50,458 nt of DNA from an uncultured Candidatus Saccharibacteria bacterium (lineage in GTDB: Bacteria; Patescibacteriota; Minisyncoccia; CAIUEV01; JAHKAQ01), in NCBI GenBank assembly GCA_964598205.1, contig CAZRBB010000002.1, positions 1 through 50,458 of the forward strand, read 5' to 3'. The position numbers and the translations under genes were made by a program. Below, piece by piece: positions 40,378 through 48,799 of the stretch. Under the pieces are notes generated by a model. The model ran no database searches and was not told the DNA's origin. It saw only the letters and a program-made list of their open reading frames with translations. Each line of letters starts with the position of its first letter. Position 1 is the stretch's first letter.

Positions 40378-41409
40378 ATGGTCAAGAAAATCTTTAAAAC
40401 TGTTTTTTTAATCTTGGTGATTGTTTTCTTTGTTTTGTGGTACGCCGAGCGGAAAATGGAAGGAAGAAAAAGTTCATCGCCGGTGGAGAAAAAATTTGCC
40501 ATTGAAAAAGGAGAGGGTGTTAACCAGATTTCTACAAGATTGGAAGAACAGGGTTTAATTTCGGACAATGTTTTTTTTGATATTTATATTTGGAAAAACA
40601 AAAAAGAAGGGCATATTGTAACAGGAACTTATACTCTTCGGCCGAATATGACTATTCCAGAAATCATAGACATTATTACTTCTGGCAAGGCTGAGCCAAA
40701 AGATATTAAAATCACGATCATTGAAGGTTGGAGTAGTCAAAAAATAGGGGAGTACCTAGCGGAAAACAATATCCTAAGCAAGGAAGAATTTAAAAAAGAA
40801 GTAGAAAATTTAGAAAAATACCAAATTCGTTATCCTTTCCTAAAAGATCTGGATCCTAAAAAAGATTCCCTAGAAGGTTTTCTTTTCCCCGATACTTACT
40901 TGATTTATCCCAAGTCTACTGCAGAAATGATTATTGAAAAAATGCTTTCTAATTTTTCCGAAAAGACCAATGAATCGCTTTTAGTGGATGCCCAAAAGAG
41001 TGGTCATAGTCTTTTAGAAATTATTACAATGGCAAGTATTATAGAGAGAGAGGCGCCCAATAGAGATGACCAAAAGATAGTTTCGGGAATTTTTTGGAAC
41101 CGATTCTCTGTGAACTATCCATTGCAATCTTGTGCCACCATTAACTATATTTTGGGAACTAGTAAAAAAAGGTTAAGCTTGGAAGATACGCGGATTGATT
41201 CGCCTTATAATACTTATCTAAACAAAGGTTTACCACCAGGGCCAATCGCCAATCCGGGACTTTCAGCGATTTCGGCAGCAATTTATCCTAAGGATTCAGA
41301 TTATTTTTATTTTCAAGATAACGGCAAGGGAGAAATAATTTTTTCTGTAACCCTAGAAGAACACAATAAAGAAAAGAATGAAACCAAAGAAGGAGAAGTT
41401 GTTCAGTAA
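40378..41409 (+). CDS. mltG: Endolytic transglycosylase MltG (YceG)
   Basis: N-terminal TM, LEGFLFPDTY, ASIIERE, SPYNTY...GLPPGPIANPG. Confidence 0.93.
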   Translation: MVKKIFKTVFLILVIVFFVLWYAERKMEGRKSSSPVEKKFAIEKGEGVNQISTRLEEQGLISDNVFFDIYIWKNKKEGHIVTGTYTLRPNMTIPEIIDIITSGKAEPKDIKITIIEGWSSQKIGEYLAENNILSKEEFKKEVENLEKYQIRYPFLKDLDPKKDSLEGFLFPDTYLIYPKSTAEMIIEKMLSNFSEKTNESLLVDAQKSGHSLLEIITMASIIEREAPNRDDQKIVSGIFWNRFSVNYPLQSCATINYILGTSKKRLSLEDTRIDSPYNTYLNKGLPPGPIANPGLSAISAAIYPKDSDYFYFQDNGKGEIIFSVTLEEHNKEKNETKEGEVVQ

Positions 41410-41977
41410 AAAAATGCCCAGAATTTTTATTTTTTCTGGAACGGTAGGAGCTGGAAAGGACAGCGTTTTAGAAGCGATTCGGAAAAAAAGGAAGGATCTT
41501 TATTGGGCAATTACCACTACCAGTAAACAGCCAAGAGAAGATGAATCCCAGGGGCATCCTTACTATTTTATTTCCAAGGAAAAATTTTTAAAAATGGTTT
41601 CGGAGAACGAATTTTTGGAATATCAGAATGTTTATGGCGAAAAATATTATGGGATGACTAAAACAGAAATAGAATTGGCCCTAAAAAAGGGGAAAGATAT
41701 TATTTGGCAGATTGATTATCGGGGGCACCGAACTATTAGAAAAATCTTCCCAAAGGAAATAACTAGTATTTTTATTTTACCGCCATCACTAACGATTGCT
41801 AAAGAAAGAATTCTAAGAAGAAGCCAGGTGTCTGCAGAATTTGTGCAAGAGCGATTAGCCTTGGCCAAAAAAGAAATTAAAGCGAGCGTTGAGTATGACT
41901 ATCAAATAGTGAATCACGAGGGAAAACTAAAAGAAACAGTGGAAGAAGTGTTAAAAATAATCAAGAAAAATTCTTAA
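41378..41977 (+). CDS. gmk: Guanylate kinase
   Basis: SGTVGAGKD, PRE.E..G..YYF, FLE...VYG..YG, IFILPPS; start may be ATG 41414. Confidence 0.88.
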   Translation: MKPKKEKLFSKKMPRIFIFSGTVGAGKDSVLEAIRKKRKDLYWAITTTSKQPREDESQGHPYYFISKEKFLKMVSENEFLEYQNVYGEKYYGMTKTEIELALKKGKDIIWQIDYRGHRTIRKIFPKEITSIFILPPSLTIAKERILRRSQVSAEFVQERLALAKKEIKASVEYDYQIVNHEGKLKETVEEVLKIIKKNS

Positions 41978-41986
41978 AAATAAATA

Positions 41987-42544
41987 ATGAAGGCTGGAAA
42001 AATTTTTTTGATTTTAGCACCATTGGGAGTGGGGAAAGAAGAACTTTTAGAAAAATTGGGACAAAAGTTAAAGTTCTGGAGAATTAAAGAAATAACAACA
42101 CTTGTTCCAGAAACCAAGATTGAAAAAAAACATTATTCCTCGGTTAGTTGGGGTGAATTTAAAACATTAGTAGAGAAAGAACAGCTAGCAGTCTCAGTTC
42201 AGAGGGACGGTCATTATTTTGGAGTAACTAATAAAGAGTTAAATCAGGCCCTGGATTCTGGGCTTCCTATTATTTGGGACATATATTATGGGGAAGGAGC
42301 TAGGATTAAAAACGAATTTCCCAGTGTTTTTTCCATATTAATTACTTCTTCCTTAAAAGATATTAGAGAGAGACTTTCTAGGAGGGGATTGATTTCGGAA
42401 AATCTCCTTAATTCCACTCTAATGAAGTCCAAAGAGGAAATAGACAAAGCATTGACCGTGGCTGATTATATTTTAGTAAATAAGGAAGAAGATAAAGAAA
42501 AATCTTTTTTAGAGTTTTTGGATGTTATGGAAGCAAGACTTTAA
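41987..42544 (+). CDS. Divergent guanylate kinase-like paralog
   Basis: APLGVGKE P-loop, HY..V...EF, G.YFG, DYILVN. Confidence 0.7.
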   Translation: MKAGKIFLILAPLGVGKEELLEKLGQKLKFWRIKEITTLVPETKIEKKHYSSVSWGEFKTLVEKEQLAVSVQRDGHYFGVTNKELNQALDSGLPIIWDIYYGEGARIKNEFPSVFSILITSSLKDIRERLSRRGLISENLLNSTLMKSKEEIDKALTVADYILVNKEEDKEKSFLEFLDVMEARL

Positions 42545-42559
42545 GAAGAGAATTTTTGT

Positions 42560-42588
42560 TTGGATTAAAAATCTCTACGGTGTATAAT
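42560..42588 (+). promoter_or_regulatory. Putative sigma70 promoter
   Basis: TTGGAT, 17-bp spacer, TATAAT. Confidence 0.55.
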
Positions 42589-42619
42589 AACGGTGTTGTT
42601 TATAAAGATAATTTAAATT

Positions 42620-43369
42620 ATGGAACAAAAAAACGGCTCAATAAAGCTTTCCGTGGTTATTCCAGCCTATAACGAAGAAAAAAGACTTGGTCCAACAATC
42701 TTAGACATCGATCGCTATTTAAGTCGCCAAAATTATTGTTCGGAAATTTTAATAGTCATTGATGGAGCTAAAGATGGTACTTTTGCGGTAACAGAGAAAT
42801 ATAAAAAGATGGTATCGAATTTAAGAGTGATAAATAATACGGAGAATCATGGTAAGGGATTTGTGGTGCGTCAAGGACTTTTAGCTGCCAAGGGAGATTA
42901 CCGAGTTTTTATGGACGCTGATAATTCTACTTCAATTGATCATGTAGAAAAATTTACTCCATTTTTTAAGGAAGGATTTTCTTTGGTTATTGGATCAAGA
43001 GATATTTCTGGTAGCAAAATTACTGCTCATCAGCCCAAGTGGAAGGAACTCTTAGGTGATGCTGGTAATCTTATGATTCAGTGGGTGGGCGGTCTTTGGG
43101 GAATTCCAGATACTCAATGTGGTTTTAAAATGTTAAGCAAAGAAGCAGCAGAAAAAGTTTGTTCTATTATGAAGATTGACCGCTGGGGTTTTGACATAGA
43201 AATGCTTGTTTTGGCAAAAAAAATGAAGTTTAAAATAAAAGAAGTGCCCGTGGAATGGAAGAACGATGCTGAAAGCAAGGTTTCTTTTATGTCTTATTTT
43301 AACACTCTAAAAGAATTGTTTCAGATTAGATTAAACCTAATTTTAAATAGGTATAAGCTTAATTCCTAG
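42620..43369 (+). CDS. GT2 polyprenyl-phosphate glycosyltransferase (Dol-P-Glc synthase-like)
   Basis: SVVIPAYNEEKRL, NHGKG..VRQG, FMDAD, IGSR, DTQCGFK, WGFDIE. Confidence 0.9.
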   Translation: MEQKNGSIKLSVVIPAYNEEKRLGPTILDIDRYLSRQNYCSEILIVIDGAKDGTFAVTEKYKKMVSNLRVINNTENHGKGFVVRQGLLAAKGDYRVFMDADNSTSIDHVEKFTPFFKEGFSLVIGSRDISGSKITAHQPKWKELLGDAGNLMIQWVGGLWGIPDTQCGFKMLSKEAAEKVCSIMKIDRWGFDIEMLVLAKKMKFKIKEVPVEWKNDAESKVSFMSYFNTLKELFQIRLNLILNRYKLNS

Positions 43370-43445
43370 ATTTTATCTAGGAGAAATCAAAAATAAAAAT
43401 GATTTACGCTGTTTAAGTGGCGCAGATCGCAGTAAAAACAAAATT

Positions 43446-44462
43446 TTGAAAAACAAAACAAAAATAATTAAGACGGCTGTTTCGGAATTAAGACAAGACC
43501 TGATCACTGGTGATTGGGTGGTGATTGCCACCGGCCGGGCCAAACGGCCAGAGGATTTTAAAATGGAGAAAAAGGGGATTATTGTTTCTACTGACTGTCC
43601 TTTTTGTGAGCCTAGAGTGAGCGATCAGGAACCAGATACTTTAATCTATTACAACAAGGATCACGAATGGAGTTTGCGAGTTTTTCCTAATAAATATCCC
43701 GCTTTCTTAAAAGGGAAAAAGATAAATCATCGAGAAGAAGGTCTTTTTTTTGCAATGGACGGTGTTGGTTACCACGAAGTAATTGTTACCAAGGATCATC
43801 ATAAGGGGGTGCCATTGCTTTTAAAAGAGGAAGTGGCCGAAGTAATTGACGCTTTTAAAACTCGCTATCTTGATTTAATGAATCGGAAAAGTGTTAATTA
43901 TATTATGTTCATTGAAAATCATGGAGCAGAGGCAGGGGCTTCTCTTTCGCATCCTCACTGGCAGATGTTCGCCATTCCAGTAATTTCTCCGGGAGTCAAC
44001 TTGGAGCTAGAAGGCGCACGATTGTATAAAAAGAGCAACAAGGCTTGTGTTTTTTGTAATATGATAGAGCAAGAGTTAAAAAATGGTCAACGAATTATTG
44101 CCGAAAACGATTCTTTTGTGGCGCTGGCGCCCTTTGCTAGTAGGACGGCTTTTGAAGTTTGGATTCTTCCTAAAAAACATCAAGCTTATTTTGAACGAAT
44201 TTCCATAGAGGACGAATTTTTAGTGGCAGAACTTTTAAAAACAATTTTGGATAAGTATTATTACAAATTAAACGACATTCCCTATAATATGTATCTTCAC
44301 ACTTCTCCTTGCGATGGTCGAGACTATGGTTTTTATCATTGGCATTTGGAGCTTTTGCCAAAAACATCTACTTGGGCTGGATTTGAATTAGGAACGGGCA
44401 TTGAAATTAGTACCGTTATTCCCGAGCAAGCGGCGGAGTTCTTAAGACAAACTACGAATTAA
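43446..44462 (+). CDS. galT: Galactose-1-phosphate uridylyltransferase family (HIT-like)
   Basis: ELR.D..TG.WV..A..R.KRP, CPFC, PNKYP, G.HEV, NHG..AGASL.HPH.Q, AGFE.GTG. Confidence 0.88.
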   Translation: MKNKTKIIKTAVSELRQDLITGDWVVIATGRAKRPEDFKMEKKGIIVSTDCPFCEPRVSDQEPDTLIYYNKDHEWSLRVFPNKYPAFLKGKKINHREEGLFFAMDGVGYHEVIVTKDHHKGVPLLLKEEVAEVIDAFKTRYLDLMNRKSVNYIMFIENHGAEAGASLSHPHWQMFAIPVISPGVNLELEGARLYKKSNKACVFCNMIEQELKNGQRIIAENDSFVALAPFASRTAFEVWILPKKHQAYFERISIEDEFLVAELLKTILDKYYYKLNDIPYNMYLHTSPCDGRDYGFYHWHLELLPKTSTWAGFELGTGIEISTVIPEQAAEFLRQTTN

Positions 44463-44577
44463 TTTTGAATAACAAATTTTAAATTTCAATTAAAATCAGA
44501 AGCTCGAATTTAAAAATAGTTTATAAATTATAATTTCTAATTTTAATCGAAATTCAAAATTAGTAATTTGTAATTTG
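44455..44577. repeat. AT-rich heptamer-based palindromic element
   Basis: AATTTTGAATAACAAATTTTAAATTTCAATTAAAA ... TTTTAATCGAAATTCAAAATTAGTAATTTGTAATT. Confidence 0.7.
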
Positions 44578-44667
44578 GTTTAGGGGCGTTGCTTCTTATT
44601 CCTCTTGGAGTTATGATAGCAAGAGCGGTTGAGGTTTTTTGTTCGACTTTTAGGAAAAGTTTTTAAA

Positions 44668-45450
44668 ATGTATTTTATTGCTAATTGGAAGATGAATCCT
44701 GCTTCCCAAAAAGAAGCGGAGCATCTTATTTCTCAAACCAAAGAATATTTGGAGTGCCTAAAAAGCAGTTCTGACCGCCCACAGGTGGTTTTTTGTCCAC
44801 CGGCAATCTTTTTGGCGCGTTTGGTAAAAAAGATTGGCTGGATGAGCTTGGGTGCTCAGAATATTGGCTGGGAGGAAGCAGGGGCCTTTACTGGAGAAAT
44901 GTCTGCTTCCATGATCAAATCGTCGGGTGCTTCTTTTTGCTTGGTGGGTCATTCTGAACGCCGAATTTTTTTTGGTGAAAATTATGGACTTACTAATAAG
45001 AAAATAAAACTTTGTTTAGAAAAGAAAATTACTCCAATTCTTTGTGTGGGAGAAAATTTAGAAGAAAAAAATAGTGGCAAAACGCGAGCAGTAATAGAAA
45101 GCCAACTCAAAACAGCCCTAAAAGAAGTCAGCCTTCTTTCTTTAAAAAATATTATCGTGGCCTACGAGCCTGTTTGGGCAATTAGTTCTGTGGCAGGAGC
45201 TAAGGCCGAAAAACCGGATTCTGTTTTGGGAGCGAGTATTCTTGTTCGGCGGATTGTGGCAAATCTTTACGACCCCGGAGTTGCCAGAGAACTCCCGGTT
45301 ATTTATGGGGGTAGTGTTAATTATCGAAATGCGGCTGGTTACCTTAAAGACACTAGTCTTCAGGGGCTTTTGGTCGGTTCGGCTAGTCTTAGTCCGTTTT
45401 CTTTTGCCGAAATTATTAAAAAATCTTTAAATATCAAAGATGCTTGTTAA
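44668..45450 (+). CDS. tpiA: Triosephosphate isomerase
   Basis: ANWKMN, GAFTGE.S, GHSERR, AYEPVWAI, YGGSV, LVGSASL. Confidence 0.96.
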   Translation: MYFIANWKMNPASQKEAEHLISQTKEYLECLKSSSDRPQVVFCPPAIFLARLVKKIGWMSLGAQNIGWEEAGAFTGEMSASMIKSSGASFCLVGHSERRIFFGENYGLTNKKIKLCLEKKITPILCVGENLEEKNSGKTRAVIESQLKTALKEVSLLSLKNIIVAYEPVWAISSVAGAKAEKPDSVLGASILVRRIVANLYDPGVARELPVIYGGSVNYRNAAGYLKDTSLQGLLVGSASLSPFSFAEIIKKSLNIKDAC

Positions 45451-46291
45451 TTCTAAAGTGATTTTGGAAAATTGCCTAAAAAAGGGAACAGCCGTTGGTG
45501 CTTTTAATATTAATAATTTAGAAACGGCGCAAGCAGTGATTGCTGCTGGAGTAGCTAGAAAGACTTCGCTGATTGTTCAGTTAACTAGAAAAACCCTTGA
45601 TTATGCTGGTGAACGAGAAATTTTTAATTTGGTAAAAAATATTATAGAAGAGAAATCGGGAAAAATCCCTATGAGCATTCATTTAGATCATGGTAAGGAT
45701 TTTGCAATTTGCAAAAGGATGATTGAGCTGGGAATTCTTTCGGTAATGATCGATGGATCTGGGCTTTCTTATTTAGAGAATAAAACATTAACCAAGAGAG
45801 TAGTGGATTACGCTCATCAAAAAGGAGTGACGGTTCAAGGAGAGCTTGGAACCGTTCCTTACTTAACACACCGTGTTTCCAATGAGTTAAGTCTTTGGGA
45901 TCAATACATGACCGATCCTAAGCAAGCACTTGATTTTGTTCGAGCTACTGGTATGGATACTTTAGCGGTGGCAATTGGAAATGCTCATGGATTCCAAAAA
46001 GAAAGAGAAGTTCCCGATTGGAAAAGACTTTCCGAAATTAGAAAATTAGTAGATATTCCTCTAATTCTGCACGGCGCATCTGATTGGAGTGAATCTAAAA
46101 TAAAAGAGGCAATTAAAAGAGGGGTTAGTTGTTTTAATGTAGATACAGACATTCGAGTGGCTTTTATGGAAAGCTTGCGGTCTTATTTTAAAGAAGATCG
46201 CCCCATGGAAGATCCCCGAGTAGTTATGGACCTAGCAAAAAAGGCTGTTCAAGCTAAAGTGGAAGAGAAGCTTAAAATGCTTCACAGTTAG
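45440..46291 (+). CDS. fba: Class II fructose-bisphosphate aldolase
   Basis: AVGAFN, HLDHG, SVMIDGS, LAVAIGNAHG, LILHGAS, NVDTD. Confidence 0.94.
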   Translation: MLVNSKVILENCLKKGTAVGAFNINNLETAQAVIAAGVARKTSLIVQLTRKTLDYAGEREIFNLVKNIIEEKSGKIPMSIHLDHGKDFAICKRMIELGILSVMIDGSGLSYLENKTLTKRVVDYAHQKGVTVQGELGTVPYLTHRVSNELSLWDQYMTDPKQALDFVRATGMDTLAVAIGNAHGFQKEREVPDWKRLSEIRKLVDIPLILHGASDWSESKIKEAIKRGVSCFNVDTDIRVAFMESLRSYFKEDRPMEDPRVVMDLAKKAVQAKVEEKLKMLHS

Positions 46292-46306
46292 TTTTAATTT
46301 AGAATT

Positions 46307-47527
46307 ATGAAAAAACTTTGTGTTTATTTGGACTATGCTGCTACCACTCCAGTAGATAAACAAGTGCTTAAAAAAATGTTGCCTTTTTTTTCTATTGATT
46401 TTGGGAATGCTTCTTCATTGCATCATTTTGGAGAAACGGCCAAAGATGCTGTAGATCAAAGTCGGAAAGAAGTTGCTCTTTCTTTGGGAGTTTTGCCAGA
46501 AGAAGTTGTCTTTACCAGCGGAGCTACGGAGAGTAATAACCTAGCCTTAAAGGGAATATTTAAAACTCTAAGCGCTCTTCCTAAGTATAAGAATAAAAAG
46601 ATTCACTTTATTGTTTCTTCTATTGAGCATGCTTGTGTTTTGGATTCAGCCAAGGCTTTGGCCGGCGAGTTTCCAGAAACAATAGAAGTAACCTATTTAA
46701 ATCCCAACCAAGAAGGCTTGGTGGAATTAGAGGCCGTAAAAAAAGCTATTCGTCCCAATACAGCGCTGGTTTCTTTAATGTATGTAAATAATGAAATTGG
46801 TACGGTTCAACCAATAAAAGAAGTGGGGAAATTTTTAAATGAAGTCAAGAAAAAGCGAAAAGTAAATGATCTACCGCTTTATTTTCACAGTGACGCGACT
46901 CAGGCTTTTAGTTATTTTTCTTGCAATCTTTCTAGTTTAGGGTTAGACCTTTTAACTTTTTCCGCTCATAAAATATACGGGCCCAAGGGAGTAGGCGCCT
47001 TGGCTATAAAAAAGGGAGTAATGCTTAGTGCAATCCAGCATGGCGGCGGTCATGAGTTTAAAAAACGCTCTGGCACCTTGAATGTTCCAGGAATTGTTGG
47101 CTTGGGAGAAACAACGAGAATCGCCGAAAAAGAAAGGAAGATGAATGTTAAAAAGGTTCTGGCATTAAGAAGCTATTTGGCTTTTAAAATAGAAAAAGAA
47201 ATTCCTCAAGTAGTATTAAACGGCTCCCTAAAAGAACGCACTCCCAATAATTTAAATTATAGTTTTTCCGGAATAGAAGGGGAAAGCTTGGTTCTCTTGT
47301 TAAGTCAAAGAGGGATTGGTGTTTCTACTGGCTCTGCTTGTTCTTCCCAGACTCTAAAGGCTTCTCATGTGCAATTAGCTATTGGAAATGATCATTTGCG
47401 TGCCCATTCTAGTATTCGCTTTACCTTAGGAAAGTATCTTAAAAAGAGTGACTTAGATTATGCCGTTAAAGAATTAAAGATTGCTGTGGAAAAATTGAGA
47501 GCGATTTCTAAAGGAATAAAAGTATAG
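46307..47527 (+). CDS. iscS: Cysteine desulfurase (IscS/NifS)
   Basis: YLDYAATTP, FTSGATESNN, NNEIG, SAHK.YGPKG, RSGT.NV, STGSACSS. Confidence 0.95.
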   Translation: MKKLCVYLDYAATTPVDKQVLKKMLPFFSIDFGNASSLHHFGETAKDAVDQSRKEVALSLGVLPEEVVFTSGATESNNLALKGIFKTLSALPKYKNKKIHFIVSSIEHACVLDSAKALAGEFPETIEVTYLNPNQEGLVELEAVKKAIRPNTALVSLMYVNNEIGTVQPIKEVGKFLNEVKKKRKVNDLPLYFHSDATQAFSYFSCNLSSLGLDLLTFSAHKIYGPKGVGALAIKKGVMLSAIQHGGGHEFKKRSGTLNVPGIVGLGETTRIAEKERKMNVKKVLALRSYLAFKIEKEIPQVVLNGSLKERTPNNLNYSFSGIEGESLVLLLSQRGIGVSTGSACSSQTLKASHVQLAIGNDHLRAHSSIRFTLGKYLKKSDLDYAVKELKIAVEKLRAISKGIKV

Positions 47528-47560
47528 TGAGAATTGCTCTGGAAAATAACTTTCTTTATT

Positions 47561-47707
47561 TTTTCTTTAGTCAATGTTATTTTCGGAGTACGCTCGGCCT
47601 CGACCGGGCCTCGCTCCACTTTAGTTCTGTTGTTTTTCGCCTAAAAAGCTTAAGAATTAGACAGGCGGAACTAAAGAGCCTCCTCAAATAACATTGACTA
47701 AAGAAAA
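47561..47707 (+). repeat. Modular palindromic element (copy E)
   Basis: Perfect 22-bp outer stem 47561-47582 / 47686-47707 enclosing CGGAGTACGCTCGGCCTCGACCGGGCCTCGCTCCAC and an inner CTTTAGTTC...GAACTAAAG stem. Confidence 0.88.
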
Positions 47708-47755
47708 GTCTAACAGTTAGTTTATTCATAATTTATAATTCGTAATTAAAATAAG

Positions 47756-48145
47756 ATGCCAATCTATTCTAAAAAAGTAATGGATCATTTTCTCTCCCCT
47801 CATAACATGGGAGTAATTAAAAAACCAGACGGAGTGGGGGAGGTCGGTAATCCGGTTTGTGGTGACTTAATGAAAATTTTTATTAAAGTGAAGAAGGAAA
47901 AAGGTAAGGAAATTATTTCGGAAATTAAGTTTCAAACATTGGGTTGTGGTTCGGCAATTGCTACTTCTAGTATGGTTACCGATATGGCTCTTGGAAAGTC
48001 GATAGAGGAAGCTCTAAAGATAACCAGGAACGATGTGGCAAAAAATCTAGATGGTCTTCCTCCGGAAAAAATGCACTGTTCTAACCTAGCTGCCGATGCC
48101 CTTAAGGAAGCAATAGAGGATTATAAAAATAAAACAACCCGTTGA
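47756..48145 (+). CDS. iscU: Fe-S scaffold IscU/NifU-N
   Basis: YS.KVMDHF..P.N.G, NPVCGD, GCGSAIA, LPPEKMHCS. Confidence 0.95.
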   Translation: MPIYSKKVMDHFLSPHNMGVIKKPDGVGEVGNPVCGDLMKIFIKVKKEKGKEIISEIKFQTLGCGSAIATSSMVTDMALGKSIEEALKITRNDVAKNLDGLPPEKMHCSNLAADALKEAIEDYKNKTTR

Positions 48146-48702
48146 TTTTTAGAATCATAAAAGAAATTCGCTATTATCTTTTTTTAGCTTCGGCTGTTTT
48201 TCTTTTGGCTTTTCTTTCTGGGGTGTATTTGGCCCACGGAAGACCAGAGGAGGCACAAAGGATGATGCAGGATTTGATTACTTATTTTGGAAAAACCAAA
48301 GATTTTAGCGAAGGAGCAATTTTCTTTTTTATTTTTTTTAGAAACACGCTACTTTCCTTTTTAATGGTTCTCTTAGGACCGCTTTTTGCCTTAGCTCCTT
48401 TGATTTTTATTTTTACCAACGGAGAAATTTTAGGGGTAATCTATGTTCTTGTTGCTCAAAAAGAGGGGATTAGCCTTCTTTTAAGAGCTCTTTTGCCCCA
48501 TGGTATCTTAGAGGTTCCGGCTTTTGTTTTTTCTGGTGCCTTAGGATTTTTCTTAGCAGAAAAGGCTTACCGTTGGTTTAAGTTTAAAGAGCCATTCCTA
48601 AAGCATTTTAAAGAAGCTTTATTTTTCTTTTTTAAAATTATTTTTCCAGTACTACTTATAGCAGCATTAATTGAAACATTTATTACTCCGCTCTTTCTTT
48701 AG
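48142..48702 (+). CDS. SpoIIM-family membrane protein
   Basis: IF..N, NG..LG, LLPHGILEVPA, AA.IE..ITP. Confidence 0.85.
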   Translation: MIFRIIKEIRYYLFLASAVFLLAFLSGVYLAHGRPEEAQRMMQDLITYFGKTKDFSEGAIFFFIFFRNTLLSFLMVLLGPLFALAPLIFIFTNGEILGVIYVLVAQKEGISLLLRALLPHGILEVPAFVFSGALGFFLAEKAYRWFKFKEPFLKHFKEALFFFFKIIFPVLLIAALIETFITPLFL

Positions 48703-48735
48703 ATTTATTTAATAGGTAGTGCGTTGTGTGTTTCA

Positions 48736-48764
48736 TTGCCTTTTCTTAGGTTCTTTTCTATAAT
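48736..48764 (+). promoter_or_regulatory. Sigma70 promoter of the xer gene
   Basis: TTGCCT (48736-48741), 17-bp spacer, TATAAT (48759-48764). Confidence 0.7.
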
Positions 48765-48792
48765 ACTTAACATAACTAACATTATGTTAAGT
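48765..48792. other. dif-like Xer recombination site with fully symmetric arms
   Basis: ACTTAACATAA-CTAACA-TTATGTTAAGT: 11-6-11 architecture; right arm matches the E. coli XerD arm TTATGTTAAAT at 10/11. Confidence 0.85.
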
Positions 48793-48799
48793 AAGAACG

